Assembly: GCA_040390065.1 (NCBI GenBank)
Contig: JAZJZE010000008.1
Location: 1-41,793 of the forward strand
Source of the DNA: a bacterium
GTDB lineage: Archaea; Thermoplasmatota; E2; JACPAO01; JAHFTW01
Length of the DNA stretch: 41,793 nt
Direction: 5' to 3'
Shown piece after piece: positions 1 through 9,431 of the stretch (positions within the stretch are counted from its first letter, which is position 1; each line of letters opens with the position of its first letter). The notes below the pieces were generated by a model that saw only the letters and a program-made list of their open reading frames with translations, was not told the DNA's origin and did no database searches. Made by a program: the position numbers and the translations under genes.

Positions 1-55
1 AACACCCGACCTGCTGATTACGAATCAGCTGCTCTACCAACTGAGCTAAGGCGGC
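1..55 (-). tRNA. tRNA-Thr(CGT), 3' end cut by the window edge
   Basis: Reverse complement GCCGCCTTAGCTCAGTTGGTAGAGCA-GCTGA-TT-CGT-AA-TCAGC-AGGTCGGGTGTT gives a canonical D arm and anticodon arm. Confidence 0.93.
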
Positions 56-189
56 GGAAACGACTGTTTCCCTGGCGTTCGGCACAGGGACAGGCATAAA
101 GAGGCTACGCAAGCCCCCGCGACGCCGAGCAGCGGGACGGCACCGGGCGCCGGCCCACTTCCAGGGGCAAGCCGCCGTTTCCAATCCCA

Positions 190-195
190 TTTAAA
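190..195 (+). promoter_or_regulatory. Archaeal TATA box (TTTAAA) for a probably leaderless 221 gene
   Basis: CCAATCCCA-TTTAAA lies 25 nt upstream of ATG 221; the same CCAATCCC precedes the purF TATA. Confidence 0.55.
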
Positions 196-220
196 GCACC
201 GGAATCCTCCTTGATTCGCC

Positions 221-916
221 ATGCCCGGCCCGCACGGTCTCATCCTCGCCGCGGGCTTCGGGTCGCGCCTCGGCCACGACATGCCCAAGGCGCTCATCAA
301 GTGGGGCAAGGGAACCATCCTCGACCACCAGCTCGACCGGCTCGCCGCCGCCGGCGTCGCGGACGTGTGGGTCGTGGTCGGCTTCCAGAAGGACAAGGTG
401 GCCGCCCAGGCCAAGCTCCGAAAAGGCGGGCCGAAGGTTCACTTCGTCGAGAACAAGCGCTTCATGGACACCAACACGGCGAAGTCCATGGTCCTTGGTC
501 TGCGCACGATGCCGGCCGGAGGCGTGTTGACGCTCAACGGCGACGTGGTCTTCGACGACGGCGTCCTGCAGGTCTTGCTCGACAAACCGACCGTCACGTC
601 CCTTGCGGTCGACCCGCGCGTGTGCGGCGACGAGGAGATCAAGTACCGCACGTTTGGCGGCCGCCTGCAGGAACTCAACAAGCGGACGCACGGCGAGGGC
701 GAGGCCGTGGGGATCAACTACTTCGCAGCGGAGGACCGCCCTCTTCTGGAGAAGGCTCTCGACTACGCCGACGACACGAGCTACTTCGAGCGCGGCGTGG
801 AATTCATGCTGCCCTACACCAAGCGGCCCGTCCGTTTGGTCCCCATCGGCGACTTGCGCGCCATGGAGATCGATTTCCCCGAAGACCTGCAAGCGGCACG
901 CAAGATGTTCCGGTGA
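221..916 (+). CDS. NTP transferase, phosphocholine cytidylyltransferase (LicC)-like
   Basis: ILAAGFGSRL..PKAL N-terminal motif, LNGDVV, C-terminal EIDFPEDL. Confidence 0.85.
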   Translation: MPGPHGLILAAGFGSRLGHDMPKALIKWGKGTILDHQLDRLAAAGVADVWVVVGFQKDKVAAQAKLRKGGPKVHFVENKRFMDTNTAKSMVLGLRTMPAGGVLTLNGDVVFDDGVLQVLLDKPTVTSLAVDPRVCGDEEIKYRTFGGRLQELNKRTHGEGEAVGINYFAAEDRPLLEKALDYADDTSYFERGVEFMLPYTKRPVRLVPIGDLRAMEIDFPEDLQAARKMFR

Positions 917-923
917 CATCGCC

Positions 924-2525
924 ATGATCGCGCGGCAGTCCACCCTCGTCGTCGCCAACTCGGTCCTCGGCGCCGCGCAAGGCTTCCTTTGCCTGTTCAT
1001 CGTGTTCCGCTACATGGGTGACGCCGTGTGGGGCGGCCGCGTGTATGCGCTCGGCCTGGTCGCCCTGGTTGGCATCGCCGCGCGCCTTGGCTTGCCGACC
1101 ACGCACGTACGCTCCCTGGCCCGCGGCGACGATGTCGGCCGGGCCAACGGAACATTTCTTGCCCTGAAGGCGTGGCTGACGGCGGGCTTCATGGTTGCCG
1201 GCCTGCTGGGCGGCTGGGTTTGGTTCGGTCTCCTGCACAAGGGCGCCTCGGACACCACGCCGGCCGCCCTGTGGATCGCGTTCTGGGTCGTCGTGGTGCA
1301 GTCCCTGCGCGACGTTCCCGTGACGTCGTTTCAGGGACTGCGCCTGATTCGCGAGCGCGAAGCCGTCCTCCTTAGCAACACCTTTGTGACGACGGCCGGC
1401 ACCGTCCTCGTCGGCATCGCCTTCGCCGCGTCGTACGGGCGCTGGTTGCCGTGGCCGGCGCTGGGCGACTGGGCGATGCGCTTGTTGCACGTCCACGGTC
1501 CCCTTCCCCCCGATACGGGCCTCACGTGGCTCATGGTCGCGTTCCTCGCCGGCGAAGTCGTCGCGTTGGCCTTGGCGGTCGGCCTGTTCCTGTGGCGCCG
1601 CATCCCGATTGCGCGGCCCGGGCCCGGCATGATGCGTTCGTACATGCACTTCACCGTGCCCCTCATGTTCCTCGCCGTCGGCGAAGTCATCACGAAGTCC
1701 CTCAGCGTCGTCATGGTGGGCTACTGGGGCTCCGGCGCGGAGGTCGGCGACTACGGCGCGGCTGCCAAGCTCACCGAGGTTCTCATGCTCCTCGCCCCCA
1801 GCATCGCGATCGTCCTCCTGCCAGCGGTCTCGAACCTGCATGCCCGCAAGGACGAGGCCAACGCCCGCAAGCTCATCGGCGAAGCCGAACGCTGGGTCTC
1901 CCTGCTCCTCTGGCCAATCGTCGCCGTCCTCGTGGTCATTCCCGGCGCCGTCGTGCATGTGCTCTTGTCCGACCAAGGTGCTGGAGCCGTGCGGCCGCTT
2001 GCCATCCTCTCCGTGCAGGCAATCCTGGCAAGCCTCGTCATCCCTGTGCAGATGTACGCCATCGGCTCCGGGGCGCCCCGCCTTGCCGCCCGCACCGTCA
2101 TGTTGAGCGCCGTCGCCACCGCCGTCCTCGGCGCCATCCTCATCCCTCGTCACATCGGCCCAGTCCCCATGATGGGCTGGGGAGGCACGGGCGCCGCCGT
2201 CGCAACGCTCGCCGCCACGGCGTTTGCCTTGGTCATGTACGCTGTTCCCTCCGGCACGTGGAAGGGCCACTCCTTCACGCCGCGCGCCGTCCGACACGTG
2301 GCTGCCGCCGCCGTCGCAGGGGCTGTCGCCTTCTTCCTGCCGACGCCGACCCGCTTCGTGTCGCTTGCGGCGACGGCCCTGGCGTGCCTGCTCGTGTACG
2401 CCGTGGCGCTCGTCGCCCTGCGCGAACTTCGCGGCGCCGATTGGCAATCCCTGCGCCGCCTGGTTCGCCGCACGGAGGACGCCGCCGAGGAGCCCGGCGG
2501 GGAACCGATGGGTGAAGTCCCGTGA
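924..2525 (+). CDS. Oligosaccharide flippase (Wzx/MOP family)
   Basis: Polytopic membrane ORF with EVGDYGAA and GGTGAAVAT motifs; lies between an NTP transferase and GTs; start moved to ATG 924. Confidence 0.8.
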   Translation: MIARQSTLVVANSVLGAAQGFLCLFIVFRYMGDAVWGGRVYALGLVALVGIAARLGLPTTHVRSLARGDDVGRANGTFLALKAWLTAGFMVAGLLGGWVWFGLLHKGASDTTPAALWIAFWVVVVQSLRDVPVTSFQGLRLIREREAVLLSNTFVTTAGTVLVGIAFAASYGRWLPWPALGDWAMRLLHVHGPLPPDTGLTWLMVAFLAGEVVALALAVGLFLWRRIPIARPGPGMMRSYMHFTVPLMFLAVGEVITKSLSVVMVGYWGSGAEVGDYGAAAKLTEVLMLLAPSIAIVLLPAVSNLHARKDEANARKLIGEAERWVSLLLWPIVAVLVVIPGAVVHVLLSDQGAGAVRPLAILSVQAILASLVIPVQMYAIGSGAPRLAARTVMLSAVATAVLGAILIPRHIGPVPMMGWGGTGAAVATLAATAFALVMYAVPSGTWKGHSFTPRAVRHVAAAAVAGAVAFFLPTPTRFVSLAATALACLLVYAVALVALRELRGADWQSLRRLVRRTEDAAEEPGGEPMGEVP

Positions 2526-3310
2526 GCCACGTCAGCGTGGTCGTGACGGTGCGCAACGAGGCGGCCAACCTCCCGAAACTGCTCGACTCGCTCGCCGTGC
2601 AGTCTGCCCTGCGAGAGGTCATCGTGGTGGACGCCATGAGCACCGACGGATCCGACGCCGTCGCGCGCGGGTACGCTGGACGCCTGCCCATGACCGTGAT
2701 CAGGCAAGCCTGCGGTCGCGGCGAAGGGCGCAACATCGGCATCGCTGCCGCCACGGCCGACCTGGTGGCGTTCACCGACGGCGACTGCGTTGCGCACCCG
2801 GACTGGACGACGCGTCTGTGGCACGCCTGGGGCGGCGACCCCGGCGTCGTCGTCGCGGGCAAGACCGTCCTCACCGGGTACGGGCCATTTACGCGCCTGC
2901 ACCGCGTCGAGTTGCCACACCGCGGCCAGGACACGACCTGGCCGAGTTGCAACCTCGCCTACCCCAAGGCACTCCTGGAACGGCTGGGAGGCTTCGATGC
3001 CGCATTCGTGACGGCCGAGGACATCGACCTCAACTACCGCGCCGTCTCGGCGGGCGCCCGCATCGTGCACGCCCCCGACGCCATCGTCTACGCCCAGGCT
3101 CGGGAGAGCCTCTCGGGCTTCATGCGGCAGGCCTATTGGAACGGCTACGGCCGCAAGCAGCTGACCCGCAAGCACGGGCGCCTGTGGAAAGACTACTCCT
3201 TCCGCCGCCTGGCGACGCTCCAGGGGGGCTCACCCTGGGCCATGCTGCGCATGGGGGCCGGTCTGGTGGGCTACCTCGACGCCAAACTGGGTCGCAAGCC
3301 GCCGCAGTAG
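2522..3310 (+). CDS. Glycosyltransferase family 2
   Basis: SVVVTVRNE, VIVVD, FTDGD (DxD), GGFD..F..AEDIDL; GTGA overlap with the flippase. Confidence 0.9.
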   Translation: MSHVSVVVTVRNEAANLPKLLDSLAVQSALREVIVVDAMSTDGSDAVARGYAGRLPMTVIRQACGRGEGRNIGIAAATADLVAFTDGDCVAHPDWTTRLWHAWGGDPGVVVAGKTVLTGYGPFTRLHRVELPHRGQDTTWPSCNLAYPKALLERLGGFDAAFVTAEDIDLNYRAVSAGARIVHAPDAIVYAQARESLSGFMRQAYWNGYGRKQLTRKHGRLWKDYSFRRLATLQGGSPWAMLRMGAGLVGYLDAKLGRKPPQ

Positions 3311-3357
3311 CAGCCGGCGACCGCAAGGTTTTCCCGGGTCCCAGGGTCGCCAGGCCC

Positions 3358-4062
3358 GTGCAGGTCACGATCCTGATTCCCACCCTCAACGAGGAGGCCG
3401 GCATCGGCCCCACCCTCGACCAGGTCGACCGCAAGGCGTTTGCCACCCGTGGCTGGGGCATCGAGCTTCTGGTCATCGACGGCGATTCGAAGGACCGCAC
3501 GCGCGCCGAAGCCGAAGCACGCGGCGCCCGCGTTGTCAGCGAACCGCGGCGCGGCTACGGTCGGGCGTACAAGCGGGGCTTCGCCGAGGCACGGGGAGAC
3601 TACATCGTCACCGCCGACGCGGACGGCACATATCCCCTCGAGCAGGCGCACTTGTTCGTGGAACGCGCCGTTGCGGACAGCCTCGACTTCGCCACCTGCG
3701 ACCGCTACGCCAAGCTGCAGCCCGGGGCGATGAGCGCCAAGCACAAGTTCGGCAACTGGGTCCTGTCGACGACGGCCAAGACGCTGTTCTTCGTCCGATT
3801 GCACGATTCGCAAAGCGGCATGTGGGTCATCCGCCGCGCTGCCCTGGCCACGGTCCCCTACGAGAAGTTCAGCGAGGGGATGGCGTTCAGCCAGGAGATC
3901 AAGATCGACGCCCTGAAGCGCTTTGGCAAGAAGGCCGCCGAGATGCCGGGCGAATTGCGGCCGCGCATCGGCAAGCCGGTGCTGGAGTCCTACCGGGACG
4001 GGTTGCGCAACCTGCGGCTCCTGTTTGCGCGCCGCATCAACGGCAAGTGGCGCAAGGCGTAG
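3358..4062 (+). CDS. Glycosyltransferase family 2, DPM1-like
   Basis: ILIPTLNEE, VIDGDSKDRT, GYGRA, DADGTY, DSQSGM; GTG start at 3358. Confidence 0.9.
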   Translation: MQVTILIPTLNEEAGIGPTLDQVDRKAFATRGWGIELLVIDGDSKDRTRAEAEARGARVVSEPRRGYGRAYKRGFAEARGDYIVTADADGTYPLEQAHLFVERAVADSLDFATCDRYAKLQPGAMSAKHKFGNWVLSTTAKTLFFVRLHDSQSGMWVIRRAALATVPYEKFSEGMAFSQEIKIDALKRFGKKAAEMPGELRPRIGKPVLESYRDGLRNLRLLFARRINGKWRKA

Positions 4063-4071
4063 CGGTCGCCC

Positions 4072-4647
4072 TCACGGCTCTGGCAGAGCCACGGCCGGCA
4101 GCGTCTCGAGGTCGACGCCCAACTCGTCGCAGAGCGCCGCATGGAGCGCCTGGATCTTGGCCCACGCTGCGGGCAGGTTCTTGGCACGGTACTTGTCGCC
4201 GAGTTCGGCCATATGCAGGCGCCGCTCGCCCGAGAACAGGTTGTCGGCGTGGCACACGATGCGCTCCTCGAGGCTGCGCGGCGTGTAGTCCTTGACGGGG
4301 ATGCCGAGGTCGCGCGCGTCGGTGGCGTCGATGCCGCCTCCGGTGTGCCGTTCGACGATGCGCACGACGGCCTCGTCCCAGTGGTCTTCCCGGAGCAGAC
4401 GGGCCCCGACGCTGGCGTGGTGGACGTCCTGCGTCACGCTGCGGCCGATGTCATGCAGGAGGGCGCCTTGTTGCAGCCGGCTTCGGTCCGGCTCGAGTCC
4501 CCGGCGCTCGGCGGCATCGCCCATGGCGACTGCGAGTCCTTCCACGGCTCGGCAGTGCGCCGCGACCCAGGCGGGGGGTTTGGCGGCAAGCAGGCGCTGC
4601 CATGCCCGGGCGCGCTCAGACGTCAGGGAAGTGGGGCTCGAGTTCAC
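4072..4647 (-). CDS. HDIG/HD-domain protein (archaeal TIGR00295-like)
   Basis: H..LLHDIGR..HH..H..ADN; adjacent to tfe and trm56 as usual in archaea. Confidence 0.85.
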   Translation of the reverse strand: MNSSPTSLTSERARAWQRLLAAKPPAWVAAHCRAVEGLAVAMGDAAERRGLEPDRSRLQQGALLHDIGRSVTQDVHHASVGARLLREDHWDEAVVRIVERHTGGGIDATDARDLGIPVKDYTPRSLEERIVCHADNLFSGERRLHMAELGDKYRAKNLPAAWAKIQALHAALCDELGVDLETLPAVALPEP

Positions 4648-5149
4648 GGATGCGGGCCTCCAAGGCGCGGCGCACGTCGCCCGTGCGCACCGGCTGCATG
4701 GCGGCGTGGCAGACGGGGCACTGGAACTGGATGTCCATGGCGTCCTCGAAGAGGATGCGGCGGTGCTGGTCCTTGCAGCCGTAGAATTGGTGGTCGGTCT
4801 CGAACTTGAGCTGCTGCCGGAGGTGGAGCAGTTCGTCGGCCCACCGGCGGCGCAGGATGTACTTGATCTCGTTCAGGTCGAGGTCCCAAGTGAAGGTCTC
4901 CCAACCCTTGGAGTCCGTGTCCTTGGCGTATTCCGCGGCGTGCGCCTCCATCAGGCGGTAGAGGACTTTGCGCACGGCGCTCGGTTTCTGCTCCTTGTAG
5001 GCCTCGACCACGTCGACGCCGGAGACGCCGGGATGCTCCTGCAGGTACTTCGCCATCGCGAGGCCCTCCTCGCCTGCCTCGTCCAGGATGTAATCGTGGA
5101 CCTCGGGGTCATCCAGTTTCGGCTGCCAGTCGTCGTCCCGTACGGACAC
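4616..5149 (-). CDS. tfe: Transcription factor E (TFIIE-alpha homolog)
   Basis: Winged helix VRKVLYRL..GWETFTW and Zn ribbon C..H..FEDAM..F.CPVC. Confidence 0.9.
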   Translation of the reverse strand: MSVRDDDWQPKLDDPEVHDYILDEAGEEGLAMAKYLQEHPGVSGVDVVEAYKEQKPSAVRKVLYRLMEAHAAEYAKDTDSKGWETFTWDLDLNEIKYILRRRWADELLHLRQQLKFETDHQFYGCKDQHRRILFEDAMDIQFQCPVCHAAMQPVRTGDVRRALEARIRELEPHFPDV

Positions 5150-5191
5150 GGCTTCGAGAAACGCGTGCTCGGCATAACCGTTTGCTCCGCT

Positions 5192-5719
5192 TCAATCGTT
5201 GCCGCGGACCCGTTTGCCGTGCGCCGTGGGGACGACTTCCAGCTTGGCGCCTGCAAACCGGTCGTCCTCCCAGGCCCCGGCGCGCAGCCGGTCCAAGGCC
5301 AGGGCAAGGGCGGCGACTTCGGAGTGCGGCTGCGACCCCACGGCCACGTTCTCGTCGGCCATGCCGTACAGGTCGCCGGGCACTTTCTCGGCGCCGACCA
5401 CCACGAGGACGTCTTGGCCGCGCGCCACGATGCGCTGGATCGACTCGGCCAAGGGCAAGCCATACATGGTGAGGTGGACGACTTGGCCGCCCGCCTCCTT
5501 CCAGGCCTTGATGGGGCCTTTCCAGCCGGTGCCTGAGTCGATGGCAAACGAGCCGCCGAACCGTGACGCCACGGCGCGGACGGAACGTACGACGTCGGAG
5601 TCGTCCTCGGCGATGTGGATGGCGGCGGCGCCGAGCGCGCGGGCCGTCAGGGCCACGTGGGTTGTGATGCGCTTGTCGCGCTGCGGGCGGTGGCCAAGCC
5701 GCAAGACCTCGATCCTCAA
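5192..5719 (-). CDS. trm56: tRNA (cytidine(56)-2'-O)-methyltransferase
   Basis: LRLGHR..RDKRITTHVALTARALGA, VHLTMYG, GAEKVP, QPHSEVAAL; TTG start overlaps the ribK stop. Confidence 0.93.
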   Translation of the reverse strand: MRIEVLRLGHRPQRDKRITTHVALTARALGAAAIHIAEDDSDVVRSVRAVASRFGGSFAIDSGTGWKGPIKAWKEAGGQVVHLTMYGLPLAESIQRIVARGQDVLVVVGAEKVPGDLYGMADENVAVGSQPHSEVAALALALDRLRAGAWEDDRFAGAKLEVVPTAHGKRVRGND

Positions 5720-6396
5720 GCCGTCGCCCCGTTGGCGTGCAGGCGGACCTCGACGTCGAGGCGGTCGCCGTCCTTGCACGGCAGCGTGTCGCGCAGCCGC
5801 ACCGGCGCAATCAGTTCCAAGGTCGTCGTGTAGTGGCTGCGGTCCGGCAGGATGGCGGCGCAGGCGGTGCCAGCGACGGTGGCAGGGTGGCAGATGACGC
5901 CGCCGAAGGTGCGCCCCTCTGCCGCAAAGGCGTCGATCAGGTGGACTGGGTTGCGCCGCAGGAAGCCAAGCTTATTGGCCTCGGCGCCCGCCAGTTCAAG
6001 GTTCAGCGTCCCCGGAAACGGCGTCCAGCCGAGCTTCGCCTGGAACTGGCTCACGTATCCGCCGCGCGACAGGTAGTAGCGGCCCTCGCCGAGCCCGGTC
6101 TTGACCGTGCCGGAGAGGTTGATGCCTTCACGGCGTTCGAACAGCCTCTGGTAGGCTTGGTGCTCCGCCCGCAGCACGCCGGCTCCCTGGGACGTAATCC
6201 GGATGCGCTGCTTGCGCACGCCCATCTCGCGAACGATGTACTGGGCTTGCGTGAGTTCGATGAGGCGCCGGCTGGCGCTCTGCTGCGACAACTCCAGCAA
6301 CGCCGCGAATTCACCGCTGGCCAATTCGACGGCGTCATCGAGAGCCCCGAGGACGGCGAGTTGCTTGAGCGCCTCCACGTCACAGGCCCGGGTCAC
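5716..6396 (-). CDS. ribK: CTP-dependent riboflavin kinase with N-terminal HTH (RbkR type)
   Basis: HTH SQQSASRRL; GTV.TGLGEGRYY, PFPGTLN, LELIAP..LR. Confidence 0.92.
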   Translation of the reverse strand: MTRACDVEALKQLAVLGALDDAVELASGEFAALLELSQQSASRRLIELTQAQYIVREMGVRKQRIRITSQGAGVLRAEHQAYQRLFERREGINLSGTVKTGLGEGRYYLSRGGYVSQFQAKLGWTPFPGTLNLELAGAEANKLGFLRRNPVHLIDAFAAEGRTFGGVICHPATVAGTACAAILPDRSHYTTTLELIAPVRLRDTLPCKDGDRLDVEVRLHANGATA

Positions 6397-8387
6397 GATG
6401 GCGGCGACACGGAGGGGCCCCTTTTGCCTTTCCCTGGGCCATCCTTCCCGTTGAGCGCCGGTTGCCGAACCGTTTTTCCCGCCTGGAACGAGGCCAACAG
6501 GTCCGCGTAGAGCTCGCGATGGGCGCCCTTGGCGGTCGCGGCCAGCCGCTGGATGATGAGTTCAGGCGTGCTGCGGGCCAACATACCAATGCGCGGGGCG
6601 CGGTCGACCACCAAACGGTTCCTCTCGTCCAGACCGGTTGCCTCGATGCCGTCGACGCGGACGTGGCCGGTCGTGTGCACGAGGATCTGAGGGGCAAGGT
6701 GCGTGACCACGACGGCCATGGAGCCGCTGGCAACGAGACGGTCGAGGAAGAACCCCAAGATGCGCCCGGCCGCCTCGAGCTCGGTCACCGATTCGACTTC
6801 GTCCGCCAGCACGAGACGGCGCTTGCCGCCGAGGACGACCGGGAGAAAGCCCCGCAGGAACGATTCGAAGGCCCCGGCGTCCAAGTTGCGTCGGGCGGTC
6901 ACGACATGCAGTTCGTCAAGCCACGGCACTTGGACGTCCCGGCCGACGACTGGCAGGCCGAGGCGTGCCATGATGCAGACCTGGGCCATGAGTTCCAGGA
7001 GCGTGGTCTTGCCGCCGGAATTTGCGCCGGTCAGGAGAGCGACGGCCTCTCGGTCGCCGAGGTGGTACGCGATGCGCTGCGTGCCGGGCTGGTCAGCCAG
7101 GCGCAAGTGGGCCGCGTCGGCCAGTACGATGCGGTTGCCAATGCTGGCAGGCTTCAGGTCATAGCGCAAGGCGAAGCATCCGAGCGCGAAGTCGGCATCG
7201 AAGGCGAGCCAGGCCTGGATTTCGCCTGCGACGACCGGCCGCAGAAGGGCCAGCGACGTTGCCGCCGCGGCCCGGGCCTGGTACACCTGCTGTGCGCTGC
7301 GCGAGCGCAGGTCGGTGGCGACGCGCGCCAGTTCCTCGTCGTCGATGTCGAGGGGCGGATCGGCCACGAAGGGTTGCACCGAGACGCCAGTGCGTTCCCG
7401 CATCAATTCGCGCCCGTGCCGCATCGTGTCCTCGATGGCGCGCTGCAGCCCCGCCGGCATGCGGCGGCCCAGTGACTCAAGGATCTCCGTGCCGGAGACC
7501 GACAAGCCCTGGACGCGCTCCCGCAGTTCCTGGCGCAGCAACACCTGGATGGCTCGGGCCTCGGCTGCGAGGTCCGGCGGTGGGCCGGCCGGCGGCGACG
7601 CGTCGAGTAGGGCCAGTGCCTCGCTCGACCGCTGCGGCTTCGCCAGGAGCGCCCCGAGGCCGGCGGCCGCCTCGAGGCTGGAGCGGTTGGCCGAGAACCA
7701 GGACAGCACCGATTCGGGCGCCAATTCCTCCAACGTGGCATCGAGCGCCATGTCGATGACGTTGTCGACGTCAGGCGTTTCGTCCTCGCCCAGGACGAGG
7801 ACCACTTCATAGTCGCCGGCGTTGGAGAGTTCGCCGGGCCCGCCGAGGGCGGCCCACTTGTGGACGCCTGCCTTGTGCAGGCGCTCCTGGGTTCCCTCGT
7901 CCGCGACGACGAGGCGGCCGGGTTCGCGGCGCGGGGCCGGATCCTGCGGAAGGCGGAGCTTGCGCAGCAGCCGGCGGACCTCGTCACGGTCCACGCCTTG
8001 GACCGAGGTTTTCTGTTGCATGACGTGGGCAACGCGGGCTCCCGCCGCCTGTTTCGAAGCAAGCGGGGCCAGGAGTTTGAGTTGGTTGCGACCGGCAGCC
8101 GTGCAGGCGAATCCTGCCAGAATCTCCAGGACCTCGTCCTTGATCTTCCTCGCGGCCGGCGTGGCCAGGAAACCGTCGTCGTCCTTCCCTTGGACCTGAC
8201 GGACCAACTGCTGCGCCTTGCGGGGGGAGACGCCTGGGACGGCCGCGATGCGGTCGAGATGTCCTTGGCCTGCCGCGGCAAGGAATTCTGCATCCGTCTT
8301 GAAGTGCGTGCGGATGGCCTGGGCGAGTTGCGGGCCCACGCCAGTGAGCTCGGCGATGGCCGCGACGGTCAAGCCGAGATCTCCCAC
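6393..8387 (-). CDS. mutS5: Archaeal MutS5/MutS2-like ATPase with N-terminal HhH motifs, no Smr domain
   Basis: HhH motifs GVGP and GVSP; Walker A TGANSGGKT; LDAGAFE; Walker B LVLADEVES; VVTHL; STPELI. Confidence 0.85.
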   Translation of the reverse strand: MGDLGLTVAAIAELTGVGPQLAQAIRTHFKTDAEFLAAAGQGHLDRIAAVPGVSPRKAQQLVRQVQGKDDDGFLATPAARKIKDEVLEILAGFACTAAGRNQLKLLAPLASKQAAGARVAHVMQQKTSVQGVDRDEVRRLLRKLRLPQDPAPRREPGRLVVADEGTQERLHKAGVHKWAALGGPGELSNAGDYEVVLVLGEDETPDVDNVIDMALDATLEELAPESVLSWFSANRSSLEAAAGLGALLAKPQRSSEALALLDASPPAGPPPDLAAEARAIQVLLRQELRERVQGLSVSGTEILESLGRRMPAGLQRAIEDTMRHGRELMRERTGVSVQPFVADPPLDIDDEELARVATDLRSRSAQQVYQARAAAATSLALLRPVVAGEIQAWLAFDADFALGCFALRYDLKPASIGNRIVLADAAHLRLADQPGTQRIAYHLGDREAVALLTGANSGGKTTLLELMAQVCIMARLGLPVVGRDVQVPWLDELHVVTARRNLDAGAFESFLRGFLPVVLGGKRRLVLADEVESVTELEAAGRILGFFLDRLVASGSMAVVVTHLAPQILVHTTGHVRVDGIEATGLDERNRLVVDRAPRIGMLARSTPELIIQRLAATAKGAHRELYADLLASFQAGKTVRQPALNGKDGPGKGKRGPSVSPPS

Positions 8388-8905
8388 AAGTCGCGGTTGT
8401 TCGGGTCCTGCGCCAGCGTCGGCGAGCCGGGGGCGACGGGGACGCGACGGTCAGCGCGCAGCTGGAAGCCATCATCGAAGTGGTAGACTTGGAAGTACTG
8501 CGCCGCGAGATCCACGCCGGTCACCTTGTGCTTGCGCCTTCGGCCGCCCACCCAGCGCCAGATCTCTACCGAGTCGAAGAGGGGATCCCATGGGACCTCG
8601 GCGATGTCCGCTTTCTTCTGGCCAATGCCAGAGTGCGCTGTCACCTGGATCCAACGCGTGCGCTCGCCCATCTTCTTGCCGACGAGGTCGATGCAGCCGA
8701 AGACGTCGTTGGACTGTGAGATGTAGAACGGCCCGCGTTTGATCCCCGTGCGGACACAGCGATGCACCTTGTAGCCCTCCGCTTCGAGCAGCTTGATGGC
8801 GAGGAGTTCGACTTGCTGGCCCTTCTTGGACGAGTTGGCCCGTTTGCGGTTCTTGGCGGGCGGCTCCGCCGGCGCGGGCAGGGTCGGGTCAGAGGGCACG
8901 GACAT
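8369..8905 (-). CDS. PD-(D/E)xK-type nuclease, Hjc/Holliday-junction-resolvase-like
   Basis: KG..VE....KLLE.EGYKV helix, then DVFGCIDL and WIQVT at the E-x-K position. Confidence 0.6.
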   Translation of the reverse strand: MSVPSDPTLPAPAEPPAKNRKRANSSKKGQQVELLAIKLLEAEGYKVHRCVRTGIKRGPFYISQSNDVFGCIDLVGKKMGERTRWIQVTAHSGIGQKKADIAEVPWDPLFDSVEIWRWVGGRRRKHKVTGVDLAAQYFQVYHFDDGFQLRADRRVPVAPGSPTLAQDPNNRDLWEISA

Positions 8906-8983
8906 GAAATGCGGGTTGCTGGGTTTGGGCGTGATGGGGGGAGAGGTGAAAGTGTTGGCGCGGAATCGTCATGCGGTGGCCGT

Positions 8984-9069
8984 GGGCGGCCTGGAAGAAC
9001 AGCAAGCAAGTGGAGGGAGGGGAAATGGGTCCCTGTTCTCCGTTCGTCTCCGGTTCTCCCAGGCCTCCC
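8984..9069. repeat. Palindromic repeat family A, copy 1
   Basis: GGGCGGCCTGGAAGAAC...GTTCTCCCAGGCCTCCC; alignable with 10337-10422 and the reverse complement of 20429-20513. Confidence 0.85.
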
Positions 9070-9431
9070 TTACCTCGCCATGCCCACGGCGGCCCTCGCC
9101 CTCAGCTGACATGTTGCATCGGCTGAGGCGGCCGGCGGGCGCCTCGGCGACCACCACGGTTGTGTCCATCCAGAGTACGTTTCCCGTCATACAATCCCAA
9201 GGCCTTATCTTCAACTTCCGTCATATCCTATGTCGAGTGTTTGTGATGGTCCGCCCCTTTTGCACCGGATACCCGACACTCCCCGCCGTGGCCCAATCCG
9301 CCCCGGCTTGGTCCCACCAAATCCCACACCCCCGCTCGAATCGGACATAGCGGCGCCCTTCGACGCCCCCTTTCCCCATCTGCCTTCGACCGCAAGGTCC
9401 ACCCCCAAGCAACCCACAGGAGATTGTACCG

